Assembly (NCBI GenBank): GCA_965203325.1
Contig: OZ241875.1
Coordinates: 4,160,001-4,224,000, forward strand
Reading direction: 5' to 3'
Source: a bacterium
Lineage (GTDB): Bacteria > UBA8248
Length of the DNA stretch: 64,000 bases
Positions 50,124 to 59,523 of the stretch are shown here, one piece after another (the first letter of the stretch is position 1; each line of letters begins with the position of its first letter). The position numbers were made by a program, and so were the translations under genes. The notes below the pieces were generated by a model that did no database searches, was not told where the DNA came from, and saw only the letters and a list, made by a program, of their open reading frames with translations.

Positions 50124-51128
50124 ATGAATTACATCAAAAAGCCCGAATGGTCGATGCCCGAATGCGAGGCGACGACCGAATCCGTTTTTTTGAACCGCCG
50201 CAAGTTTTTGGCGGGCGGCGCGGGTCTGATGCTGAGCCAGATGGTGACGCCTCCCTACTGGCCCGAACGGGACGGGCCGCTCGCCCTGGCCCAGGCGAAG
50301 AAGGGGGTCGCGCACCCTAAGGATCAGACGGTGGGCCTGTACCCGGCGCGCCGGAATCCTAAGTTCACGCTGGACCGGCCGCTCACGGAAGAAAAAGTGG
50401 CGGCCGAGTACAATAATTTCTACGAATTCGGCGGCAACAAGGCGATCTCCTGGTTGGCCAAGCGCATGGAGACGCGCCCGTGGCAGGTGGAGGTGAAAGG
50501 CCACGTCAAAAAGCCCAAAACCTACGATATCGACGAATTGATCAAGGGCATGACGCTCGAGGAGCGGCTGTATCGTTTCCGCTGCGTGGAAGCGTGGGCG
50601 ATGGCCGTTCCGTGGACGGGTTTCAGGATTTCCGAACTCATCAAGAAAGTAGAGCCCACGAGCAAGGCGAAATACGTCAAATTCACCACCTTCCTGAACC
50701 GCAAGGTGGCGTTGGGGCAGCTCCAGGTCTGGTACCCGTGGCCTTATGTGGAAGCCCTCACCATGAAGGAGGCCATGAACGAACTGGCGATAATGGGCAC
50801 GGGCATTTACGGTCATCCCATGCCGCAGCAGCATGGCGCGCCCCTGCGCCTGGTGGTTCCCTGGAAGTATGGATTCAAGAGCATCAAGTCCATCGTTTCC
50901 ATTGAATTTACGGAAAAGCGGCCCCGCACGTTCTGGGAGAAGGCGGGGCCCAGTGAATACGGTTTCTGGGCCAACATCAACCCGAAGTTCAATCACCCCA
51001 GGTGGTCGCAGGCGTCGGAACGCATGCTGGGAACGAACGAGAGAAGGCCGACGCTCCTGTTCAACGGCTATGCGAAATGGGTGGGCGACATGTACCCGGA
51101 CATGAATGACCGGAAATATTTCATGTAG
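50124..51128 (+). CDS. msrP: Protein-methionine-sulfoxide reductase catalytic subunit
   Basis: Tat motif NRRKFL, YNNFYEF, YRFRCVEAW, GAPLRLVVPWKYGFKSIKSI, HPRWSQASER. Confidence 0.95.
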   Translation: MNYIKKPEWSMPECEATTESVFLNRRKFLAGGAGLMLSQMVTPPYWPERDGPLALAQAKKGVAHPKDQTVGLYPARRNPKFTLDRPLTEEKVAAEYNNFYEFGGNKAISWLAKRMETRPWQVEVKGHVKKPKTYDIDELIKGMTLEERLYRFRCVEAWAMAVPWTGFRISELIKKVEPTSKAKYVKFTTFLNRKVALGQLQVWYPWPYVEALTMKEAMNELAIMGTGIYGHPMPQQHGAPLRLVVPWKYGFKSIKSIVSIEFTEKRPRTFWEKAGPSEYGFWANINPKFNHPRWSQASERMLGTNERRPTLLFNGYAKWVGDMYPDMNDRKYFM

Positions 51129-51143
51129 GCGGGTGTTTTAGAC

Positions 51144-51190
51144 AAAAAACCATCCCTCTCCTCATTGCTGGGCCGGGGGATGGTTTTTTT
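51144..51190. terminator. Bidirectional intrinsic terminator
   Basis: AAAAAACCATCCC...GGGATGGTTTTTTT between convergent genes. Confidence 0.75.
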
Positions 51191-51207
51191 ATGCGATAGA
51201 TAGAAGG

Positions 51208-52383
51208 TTACGCTTTCAAGGCCTGATCCAGATCCTCGATCAAATCGTCCGCGTCCTCGATCCCCACGGAAAGCCGAATCAAGGTGTCGCTGATGCCAAG
51301 TGCTTTCCTGTTCTCCTCGGTGAGGGAGGCGTGGGTCATGATGGCGGGATGCTCCACCAGGGATTCCGTGCCGCCCAGGCTCTCCGCCAGGGTGAACAGC
51401 CGCACGTTTTCTAGGAATCTGCGCGCCTCGGGCAGGCCGCCTCTTAAGTAGAACGCCAGCATGCCCCCGAAACCGCTCATCTGCCTTTTGGCCAGATCGT
51501 GCTGGGGGTGAGATTCCAGCCCCGGATATATGACTTTCTCCACCCCGGGGTGTCCCTCAAAATGCCTGGCGATTTTCATGGCGTTTTGCTGGTGTTTTTC
51601 CATCCGCACGGGGAGGGTGTCGATGCCCCGCATGGTCATGTAACAGTCGAATGGGGCGGGCGTCGCCCCGAGCGCGTTCTGGTAATGCTTTATACGTTCA
51701 TGGAGCGCCTGGCTTTTCGTCACTAGGGCGCCGCCGACCACGTCGCTGTGTCCGCCGATGTATTTCGTCGTGCTGTGAACGGCGATGTCCGCGCCCAGGG
51801 CGAGTGGTCTTTGAAAATAGGGACTCATGAAGGTGTTGTCCACGGCGACGATGGCCCCGTCTTTCCCGTAGGTTGAGGCGATACTCCGGATGTCGGCCAT
51901 CTTGAGGAGTGGGTTCGTGGGGCTCTCTATCCAGATGAGCCTCGTGTTCTCTCTGATTTTGCCGGCCAGGGATTCTTCATCGGCCATGTCGACGTAATCG
52001 CATGCAATCCCGAATTTCTCGAACCCCCTCAAATCCTTGCCCGTGATGAGGCGGAAGGTTCCGCCGTACACGTCGTCCGAGCAAAGCATGTGATCGCCAT
52101 GAGACAAAAGGGCGAAAAGTATCGTGGTGGTTGCGCCCAGACCCGAGGAAAACGCCAGCCCGTGGCATTCGGCATCCTCGTTATCGGGACGTTCGAGGCC
52201 TGCGATGTTCATCTCCAAGGCCTCTCGCGTCGGGTTGCCCGAGCGCGAGTATTCAAAATCGCCGATGGGGTCGCCGGGCGTATTCTGCTTGAACGTGCTG
52301 CTCAGGCAGATATCGGGCTTCACGGCGCCGGTGAGTGCGTTGGGGTCTTTTCCGTGGTGAATTGCTCTGGTGGATATTTTCAT
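51208..52383 (-). CDS. Cystathionine gamma-lyase/gamma-synthase family PLP enzyme
   Basis: YSRSGNPT, DDVYGGT, ESPTNP, DNTF, HSTTKYIGGHSD, LAESLGG. Confidence 0.93.
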   Translation of the reverse strand: MKISTRAIHHGKDPNALTGAVKPDICLSSTFKQNTPGDPIGDFEYSRSGNPTREALEMNIAGLERPDNEDAECHGLAFSSGLGATTTILFALLSHGDHMLCSDDVYGGTFRLITGKDLRGFEKFGIACDYVDMADEESLAGKIRENTRLIWIESPTNPLLKMADIRSIASTYGKDGAIVAVDNTFMSPYFQRPLALGADIAVHSTTKYIGGHSDVVGGALVTKSQALHERIKHYQNALGATPAPFDCYMTMRGIDTLPVRMEKHQQNAMKIARHFEGHPGVEKVIYPGLESHPQHDLAKRQMSGFGGMLAFYLRGGLPEARRFLENVRLFTLAESLGGTESLVEHPAIMTHASLTEENRKALGISDTLIRLSVGIEDADDLIEDLDQALKA

Positions 52384-52428
52384 GTTGCTCCATGAAGGCG
52401 GGGGTGGTTTCAGTCTCCGAATCGACCT

Positions 52429-53436
52429 CTATGACGCGCTCTTTGGTGCCGCCGCCTGTTCAATCTCATCTTCATCCAGGAAGGCGTTGGCGACCATCCA
52501 TTCATCGGAGAAAATCTTGCTGAGATAGAACATGCCTGAATCCGGCATGAGGGTGACGATTCTTTCGGGTTTTTCGAGGGATTCCGCGTACCGCACGGCG
52601 CCTGCGACCGCGCCGCCCGCAGAGCCGCCCACGAGGATGCCTTCTTCTCTCGCCAGCCTGCGCGCCATCAGTAGGCACTCAGCGTCGGTGACGCGGACGA
52701 CCTCGTCGATGTTCTCGAAACTGAGCGTCGCGGGTTTGAAGCTCTCCCCGATGCCTTCGGTCTTGTAGGAGCCCGCCTCGGGGTCGGTTTCCCCGTAGAA
52801 AAGGCCGTAGAGAATCGAACCGATGGGGTCCACGCCGACGATTTTGATGTCGGTTTTTTTTTCTTTCAGGAACCTTCCCGTTCCCGAGATGGTGCCGCCG
52901 GTGCCGAGACCCGTGACGAAGGCGTCGAACTCGCCTCCCGTCTGACGCCATATCTCGGGCCCTGTCATGCGGTAGTGGGATTCGGGGTTATTCGGGTTGT
53001 TGTACTGGTTCGCCAGTATGCAGTTGGGCGTCTCCTTCACGATCCTGCGCGCAACGCTGTAGTGGCTCTCCGGGTCGTCGAGCGAGACCGTAGGCGTGAC
53101 GATGACTTTAGCACCATATGCGCGGAGCCGGTCGACTTTCTCCTGGCTCATCTTGTCGGGCATCACGAAAACACAATTGTAGCCCTTGATGGCGGCCACG
53201 ATGGCGAGTCCCGCGCCGGTGTTCCCGGAAGTGGCCTCGACAATCGTTCCACCCGGTTTGAGTTCGCCCTTTTTTTCCGCGTCTTCGACGATCAGCGGTG
53301 CGATGCGATCTTTCACCGAGAGACCGGGATTCATGTATTCGACCTTGACGAACAGTTCGGATTCCAGTTCTGAGCTGACCGAATTGAGTCTTACGATCGG
53401 CGTGTCGCCGATGGCCTCCAGAATGTTGTTCTTCAC
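52429..53436 (-). CDS. Cystathionine beta-synthase (catalytic domain only)/cysteine synthase family
   Basis: NPGLSVKDR, EATSGNTG, MPDKMSQEK, GTGGT, EGIG, YLSKIFSDEWM. Confidence 0.9.
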   Translation of the reverse strand: MKNNILEAIGDTPIVRLNSVSSELESELFVKVEYMNPGLSVKDRIAPLIVEDAEKKGELKPGGTIVEATSGNTGAGLAIVAAIKGYNCVFVMPDKMSQEKVDRLRAYGAKVIVTPTVSLDDPESHYSVARRIVKETPNCILANQYNNPNNPESHYRMTGPEIWRQTGGEFDAFVTGLGTGGTISGTGRFLKEKKTDIKIVGVDPIGSILYGLFYGETDPEAGSYKTEGIGESFKPATLSFENIDEVVRVTDAECLLMARRLAREEGILVGGSAGGAVAGAVRYAESLEKPERIVTLMPDSGMFYLSKIFSDEWMVANAFLDEDEIEQAAAPKSAS

Positions 53437-53514
53437 TTGCTTATGCCCTCGAAAACGGCTTGAAAATTTGAAAGCATCATACTGCGAGACGATTATGCGG
53501 CATCCGCGCGGCGT

Positions 53515-54753
53515 CTACAAATCATCGAGAATCTCGACGGCCTGAAACAATTTTCCCTCCATGAACTTGAGGCTCGCCCCACCGCCCGTGCTTACGTGGC
53601 TCACTCGCTCGCTCAGCCCGGCCATCTCGATGGCCGCCGCGCTGTCGCCACCGCCGATGACGGTCGTGGCGCCGTTTTTCGTCGCCTCCGCGAGGGCATG
53701 CGCGACGGTGAAAGTGCCCTTATCGAACGGCTTGACCTCGAAAACGCCCATCGGGCCGTTCCAGACGATGGTTTTCGCCTCTGAGATCATTTCAGAGAAC
53801 CGGCGCGCGGACTCGGGACCGATGTCGAGACCCATCAGACCTTCGGGGATCAGGCCCTGAAAGACCTCGTATTCAGCACCCTCTTCAATGGCGCGCGCGC
53901 AGATGACGTCCGTAGGCAAAACGAGTTTCTCGCGTCCCAAGGACTGCAGCCGCGCGGCGACTTCGACCCTGTCTTCCTCCACGAGGCTCGCGCCCGTCTC
54001 CTGCCCGTTCGCCCGCATGAACGTATAGACCATGGCCCCGCCGATGAGCACCCGGTCGCATTTGCCCAATAAAGTTTCGATGACCATCATCTTGTCGGAG
54101 ACTTTCTTTCCTCCGATGATGGCGAGGAAGGGTTTTTCCGGCGCATTCAGCGCCTCCCCCAGGTACTGAAGCTCCTTTTCCAGCAGGAATCCCGCAACGC
54201 GGGGCTTTCCGGCCATCATCTGCGGCACGGTGAGCATACTCGCATTATCGCGGTGGCAGGTGCCGAAGGCGTCGTTCACGTAGACGTCGGCCAAAGAGGC
54301 CAGCCCCTGCGCGAAGGCGTCTTTTTCCCGTCTTAGGGCCGTATCTTCAGAGGCCCCCTTATCCTTGATCTGCTCGGCCTTGTGGAAGCGGAGGTTTTCG
54401 AGAAGGCAGCATTCCCCGTCTTTTAGCGCGGCCACAGTGCTCTCGGCAGCGTGTCCCACGCAGTCTTTCGCGAAGCCGACGCTCTTGCCGAGTAATTTCC
54501 CGAGACGCTCGGCGATGGGCGCAAGGGTCCACCTGGCGTTGGCCTCGGGGCCTTCTCCCGTCGGGCGCCCAAGATGGCTCATGAGGACGAGGCGGCCACC
54601 GCCAGCCAATATGTGGTTTGTCGTGGGGAGCGCCATGCGAATCCTGCGATCATCGGCGATGCGGCCGTTCGCGTCCTGCGGAACGTTGAAGTCCACACGC
54701 ATCAGCACGCGCTTACCACGCACGTCGATGTCCGAGATGCTTTTCTTCGTCAT
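53515..54753 (-). CDS. pgk: Phosphoglycerate kinase
   Basis: MRVDFNVP, SHLGRP, LLENLRF, WNGPMGVFE, HVSTGGGASL; true start is ATG 54753. Confidence 0.97.
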   Translation of the reverse strand: MTKKSISDIDVRGKRVLMRVDFNVPQDANGRIADDRRIRMALPTTNHILAGGGRLVLMSHLGRPTGEGPEANARWTLAPIAERLGKLLGKSVGFAKDCVGHAAESTVAALKDGECCLLENLRFHKAEQIKDKGASEDTALRREKDAFAQGLASLADVYVNDAFGTCHRDNASMLTVPQMMAGKPRVAGFLLEKELQYLGEALNAPEKPFLAIIGGKKVSDKMMVIETLLGKCDRVLIGGAMVYTFMRANGQETGASLVEEDRVEVAARLQSLGREKLVLPTDVICARAIEEGAEYEVFQGLIPEGLMGLDIGPESARRFSEMISEAKTIVWNGPMGVFEVKPFDKGTFTVAHALAEATKNGATTVIGGGDSAAAIEMAGLSERVSHVSTGGGASLKFMEGKLFQAVEILDDL

Positions 54754-54933
54754 GGGCCGCCGCCTTTGTGAAAGTGAACGCCGCCTAGAATGCCGCCGAA
54801 GGACAAGTCGTGTATAAGAAAAATCGTCATGAAAATCCAGCGCCCGGCCGAAGGTCTTCGAGGTTCGCGTTTCAGTTTCGCCCGGCGCCAACGCAGATAC
54901 GAGTATGAACGGGTTGCAAGGAAAGGGGAAGAG

Positions 54934-55728
54934 ATGATCACCATAGATTTGAGCGGAAAAATCGCCCTGGTGACGGGTTCGAGCCAGGGCATCGGGCAGG
55001 CGTGCGCCATGGTTTTGGCGCGCGCGGGGGCATCGGTCGCCCTCGCGGCCCGGAACGAGGAGAATTTGAAGCAGACCGCTTCCGACATTACCTCTACCGG
55101 AGGACGCGCGGAGGTGATGGCGGGCGATCTCACCGCTGCCGGCCAGGCGGAGCATGTGGTGGAAGAGACTTGCGCCCGGTTCGGGGGAATCGATTTTCTC
55201 ATAAGCGCCGCAGGCGTCAGCAGGCGCACAGACCCCATCGTAACGACGGATGAGGACATCGACCTCGCCATCGACCTCAAACTCCGCGCCGCCATCCGCT
55301 TGACGAAAGCCGCGATTCCGCAGATGAGGAAGCGGGGCGGGGGTGTCATCGTCTATTTCTCGGGGCTGAGTCACGTCCATACCTCCGAGTACCATGGCTC
55401 GGGTTGCATCCCGAACGCAGGTCTCGCCGCTTACAAGCATCAGCTCGCCCGCAGGCTCGCGCCCGAGAACATCCGGGTGAACCTCATCAATCCGGGCACG
55501 ACGGACACCCCGAGGTACGTCCGGCAGACGACGAAAATCGCGGAACTCACGAATCGAACTTATGAGGAAGTGGATGCCGAAAGGCGCGCCGAACTGCCCA
55601 TGGGCCGTCTCACACAGGCCGAGGATTGCGCGTACGCGGCGTTGTTCCTGGCCTCCGGCCTGGCTTCGAACATCACCGGCGAGTCTATCAACGTGGACGG
55701 CGGGCGGTGCGACGTGGTGAGGTCCTAG
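54934..55728 (+). CDS. SDR family oxidoreductase (atypical active site)
   Basis: TGSSQGIG, IRVNLINPG, GESINVDGG. Confidence 0.88.
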   Translation: MITIDLSGKIALVTGSSQGIGQACAMVLARAGASVALAARNEENLKQTASDITSTGGRAEVMAGDLTAAGQAEHVVEETCARFGGIDFLISAAGVSRRTDPIVTTDEDIDLAIDLKLRAAIRLTKAAIPQMRKRGGGVIVYFSGLSHVHTSEYHGSGCIPNAGLAAYKHQLARRLAPENIRVNLINPGTTDTPRYVRQTTKIAELTNRTYEEVDAERRAELPMGRLTQAEDCAYAALFLASGLASNITGESINVDGGRCDVVRS

Positions 55729-56489
55729 AGCGCGTTGCTTCCGCCGTCGAGATATATCGTCTGCCCGGTCATGTAGTCGCTCTGGGGGCCGCAAAGGTAG
55801 ACGATGAGGGGCCGTATTTCTTCGAGTTCGCCGTAGCGCTTCATGGGAACGTAGCGCAGGAATTCCTCGCTTTGCGCGGGATCGGCGATTCGATCGACCG
55901 TCATCGGGGTAGGGAAACGGCCCGGCGCGATGTTGTTCACCTGAATGTTCTTCTCTGCAAGCTCGACGGCGAGCGCCTCGGTGAATCCTCTCACGCCAGA
56001 TTTCGACGCCGCATAGGCCACCTGATTGGGGCGGCCCCGGCTGCCTGCGCCCGAACCTAGGTTGACGATTTTTCCTTCTCCCGCTTCGAGCATGAAGCGC
56101 ACCGCCGCGCGGCAGCAATAGAACATGCCGCTCAGGTTCAAATCGATGGTCTCGCGCCAGAGTTCGTCCGTCGTATCGAGAATGGGGCTGGGGAGCGACA
56201 CCCCCGCATTGTTGATGAGAATGTGCGGACCTCCGAGTTCTTTGTTGACCTGCTCGAACAGGGCGTTCACCCGCGCCGGATCCGTGACGTCGCAGACGGC
56301 GGGTCTGGCTCTGATGCCGAATTTCTCGCATTCTTTCGCAGTATCAGCCATCGGCTCGGGCCGCCTGCCGATGAGGACGAGGTCCGCACCAGCCTCGGCG
56401 AGTGCGATGGCCATCGAGGCGCCGAGCCCCTGGCCGCCGCCCGTGATGCAGGCCGTCTTGCCACTCAAATCTACACCGGGTGAGGTCAT
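55725..56489 (-). CDS. Classical SDR family oxidoreductase
   Basis: TGGGQGLG, NNAG, YAASK, TGQTIYLDGG; start at ATG 56489. Confidence 0.92.
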   Translation of the reverse strand: MTSPGVDLSGKTACITGGGQGLGASMAIALAEAGADLVLIGRRPEPMADTAKECEKFGIRARPAVCDVTDPARVNALFEQVNKELGGPHILINNAGVSLPSPILDTTDELWRETIDLNLSGMFYCCRAAVRFMLEAGEGKIVNLGSGAGSRGRPNQVAYAASKSGVRGFTEALAVELAEKNIQVNNIAPGRFPTPMTVDRIADPAQSEEFLRYVPMKRYGELEEIRPLIVYLCGPQSDYMTGQTIYLDGGSNAL

Positions 56490-56676
56490 ATCTGCTCCGC
56501 TTTTCAGTCCGCCCGGCGAAAGGCCCCGCGCCGCGATTGCGCGCGCAAAGTCACTCCGGGGCTTTACCGCCGTGCAGTAGTGGGGTACATAAACCTTGGC
56601 TCCGCAATCATTTCGACGGACATTCTCTTCCACATTTTGGCGAAGAGTCAAAGTGAACATCTTAAGTGAGGATGCG

Positions 56677-57918
56677 ATGAGTCTCGCGCAGGCGCCTGCG
56701 GCAATCAGCAGCGAAAACATGGAGTTGGTCGCCTATCACGACCTGGAAGACAGGCCCGCCTTCAAAACGGCGATTCAGGAGGTGGACGGGCGGTTTTACC
56801 TCTACCTCTCGCAATTCTGGGTGAGCGGCTGGAGCATTCTCGACGTAACTGATCCCGAAAACCCCGAACTCCTAAAGTTTATTGAGGGTCCCGACAACAC
56901 CTGGACGCTCCAGGTCCAGGTGGCGGATGGTTTGCTCATCACCTCCCTGGAGAGAATCCCTCCCGGCTGGGGACCGCGGCCCGAGGATCCGCCTGAAGCC
57001 GAGGGCGTCTACATCTGGGACGTGAAAAAAGACCCGGCCAATCCGCAACTCATCTCGCACTGGCAGACGGGGGCAGACGGCACGCACCGGAATTTTTATA
57101 ACGGCGGCCGCTACGCCCACCTCTCCGCCTACGCGCCCGGCTATGACGGAAACATCTACCGCATTCTGGATCTGGCCGATCCCCGGAATCCCAAAGAAGC
57201 GGGCCGATTCTGGCTGCCCGAACAGGAGGATGCCGAAACCGATATGTCGGACGACTGGAGCGAGGGGATGCGCGTGTTCCAACATGGTCCGGCCCATGCG
57301 GAAAACGGGCGTGCTTATTTGCCGTATGCGCGCGGCGGGTTCGTCATTGCGGACATTGAGGATGTATCCAGCCCCAAACTCGTCAGCCGCTTCAACGTCT
57401 ACCCGCCGCTGGGCAGCGCGATCGCCGTCCACACGGCGTATCCCTATCTCAACCGGGGATTCGCCATCATTAACAGCGAGGCGCTCAAGGAGAATTGTGA
57501 CGAGCCGCTCAACTACACGGCGATCATCGACATCGAAGACGAGGCGACCCCGAGGCTCATGTCGCTCTTCCCGGTGCCAGAGCCGCCGGCGGGCTATTCC
57601 CACAAGAGCTTCTGCGAGCGCGGCGGACGCTTCGGCCCCCACAACCAGCATCATCCCCAGGGGATCGATTGTTTAGAGCAAAGAGAAGACCGCATTTATC
57701 TGACGTATTTCAACGCCGGTCTCAGGGTCTATGACATCTCCGAGCCCATCCATCCGCGCGAGATCGCGCACTACATCCCCGCCGACCCGACGAAACGCCT
57801 CGGCATGCTGCCCAAGACGCTCGTCACCCAGAGCGAGGACGTCATCGTGGACAGACGCGGGGTCATTTACGTGACGGACAAGAACCACGGACTTCATATA
57901 TTGCGCTGCACCGTTTAG
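56677..57918 (+). CDS. LVIVD-repeat beta-propeller protein
   Basis: Repeated ILDVTDPENP, IWDVKKDPANP, ILDLADPRNP and VYDISEPIHP units; GRFGPHN. Confidence 0.8.
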   Translation: MSLAQAPAAISSENMELVAYHDLEDRPAFKTAIQEVDGRFYLYLSQFWVSGWSILDVTDPENPELLKFIEGPDNTWTLQVQVADGLLITSLERIPPGWGPRPEDPPEAEGVYIWDVKKDPANPQLISHWQTGADGTHRNFYNGGRYAHLSAYAPGYDGNIYRILDLADPRNPKEAGRFWLPEQEDAETDMSDDWSEGMRVFQHGPAHAENGRAYLPYARGGFVIADIEDVSSPKLVSRFNVYPPLGSAIAVHTAYPYLNRGFAIINSEALKENCDEPLNYTAIIDIEDEATPRLMSLFPVPEPPAGYSHKSFCERGGRFGPHNQHHPQGIDCLEQREDRIYLTYFNAGLRVYDISEPIHPREIAHYIPADPTKRLGMLPKTLVTQSEDVIVDRRGVIYVTDKNHGLHILRCTV

Positions 57919-57938
57919 GCGAAAAGGAGAAAAATTCT

Positions 57939-58628
57939 ATGCCTACCATCGTTGACCTTTCACGAGAGATCTACCACCGCACACCCGCATATCCGGGCCA
58001 GCCGCCCATCCTCTACGCCGAGTGGAAAAACCACGAAGAGGCCTTCAAGGACTCGGGAAACGTCTGGGGGAACGCCCTGAACTTCGTCACTATGCCCGAG
58101 CACGGCACCACGCATCTCGACGCGCCGCGCCATTTCCACCAGGACGCGCAGCCGATGAACGAGTACCCGCTCGAGAACTGCATCGTTCGCGGCATCTGCA
58201 TCGATCTGCAGCATATTGAGCCCCGGGCGGAAATCAGCTCACAAGACCTCGACGCAGCAGTGAAAAAAACGGGCCTCTCGGTTCCCCAGGGCGGCACCAT
58301 CCTCCTGTGCACAGGCCATCATGCCCGCACTTTCCCGACGAAGGCGTATGGGTCGGATAATCCTGGCGTCAACGTGGAGGCCACCGAATGGCTCGCGGAT
58401 CAGGGAATCGTCCATTTCGGGATTGATTCCATGCGTCCCGGCCCCGAGGGCGACGTGAACGCTTTGGTCCACAAAACCTGCTGGGAGAGGGGGATCACCC
58501 ATCTGGAAAGCCTTTGTAACTTGGAAGCGTTGCTGGGCAAGGGCGAGTTCCAGTTCATATCCCTTCCGCTCAAGTTCCGCGAGGGAACGGGAAGCCCCGT
58601 CCGCGCCGTGGCGGTTCTCGACGATTAG
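57939..58628 (+). CDS. Cyclase family (kynurenine formamidase-like) metallohydrolase
   Basis: HGTTHLDAPRH, GIDS, GTGSPVRAVA. Confidence 0.9.
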   Translation: MPTIVDLSREIYHRTPAYPGQPPILYAEWKNHEEAFKDSGNVWGNALNFVTMPEHGTTHLDAPRHFHQDAQPMNEYPLENCIVRGICIDLQHIEPRAEISSQDLDAAVKKTGLSVPQGGTILLCTGHHARTFPTKAYGSDNPGVNVEATEWLADQGIVHFGIDSMRPGPEGDVNALVHKTCWERGITHLESLCNLEALLGKGEFQFISLPLKFREGTGSPVRAVAVLDD

Positions 58629-58763
58629 TTCTTGATTCGGGGTCCTCGCCGTATGGGGGCGAGGACCCCGTCTTTTCGATGAATATCCAAAATGTGATAA
58701 GGTAAGTGTCTATCTACGACATCCGCCCCGGGGAGGGGAGTTTTCAAGCCCTCCACAGAGCCT

Positions 58764-59498
58764 ATGCCAGAGTCTCCCAAGCCCCGATCGGAGTATGCGC
58801 TCGAACTGGGACGACGCATCGCGCGCGCGCGTGAACGCAAGGGATTGAACCGCAACCAGTTGGCGCGCGCCGCGGGCGTCACGTGGGCGAATCTCACACG
58901 ATATGAGCAGGGCCAGAACGAACCGAGCGCAAGCAAACTGTTTGAAATCGCAAAAGTGCTCGACGTGTCCGGTGATTGGTTGCTGGGCCGAACCGGCGCG
59001 CCGGAAATTCCAGGCGTCGGGCCTCTGGATGTCTCCTTGAGTATGAGTGATAACTTGCGGACGCCGGGCAAGGTGAGCGATGCGGAGTTTCGCGCCGTGC
59101 CTTTGGTGTCGGGTTCCATCGCGGCGGGAAGCGCCAGAATCGTGGATGAGCAAATCGAGGAATACGCTCTTATCCACATCTCTCAAATTGCAGGGCGTGG
59201 GGATTTGGTATCCGTCCGGGTAGACCGCCAAATGGGCCGCAGTATGATTCCCACGATACAGCCGGGTGCGGTGGTCGTTATCGATCGCCGTGACAAGGCG
59301 ATCGTTCCCAATGGCATTTACGCCGTTCGGGATGAATCCGGCGGGTGTACGCTGAAACGGTTGCAGTGGACCCCGCCTCGTCTATGGCTGGTGCCCGAGA
59401 ATCGTGAAGACGTCGTCACGCATATTGATTTGGACGGGGAAGAGCCCGCCGATAGAATCGTGGGCCGCGTCGTCTGGGCCTACCAGCCGCTCGCTTGA
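58764..59498 (+). CDS. XRE HTH plus peptidase S24 repressor (CI/LexA-like)
   Basis: N-terminal HTH_3; VPLVSGSIAAG cleavage-site region; SMIPTI (Ser) and TLKRL (Lys). Confidence 0.88.
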   Translation: MPESPKPRSEYALELGRRIARARERKGLNRNQLARAAGVTWANLTRYEQGQNEPSASKLFEIAKVLDVSGDWLLGRTGAPEIPGVGPLDVSLSMSDNLRTPGKVSDAEFRAVPLVSGSIAAGSARIVDEQIEEYALIHISQIAGRGDLVSVRVDRQMGRSMIPTIQPGAVVVIDRRDKAIVPNGIYAVRDESGGCTLKRLQWTPPRLWLVPENREDVVTHIDLDGEEPADRIVGRVVWAYQPLA

Positions 59499-59523
59499 GA
59501 GGGCTTTTTCAAAAATCCCTAAA

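Noticed and set aside
53515..56331. 938 aa ORF suggesting a giant PGK fusion
   Set aside because: The upstream part overlaps two real SDR genes (antisense or off-frame); pgk starts at 54753.
58625..59520. Prophage
   Set aside because: Only a repressor-like gene is present; the flanks are metabolic genes and I saw no att sites, integrase or structural genes.
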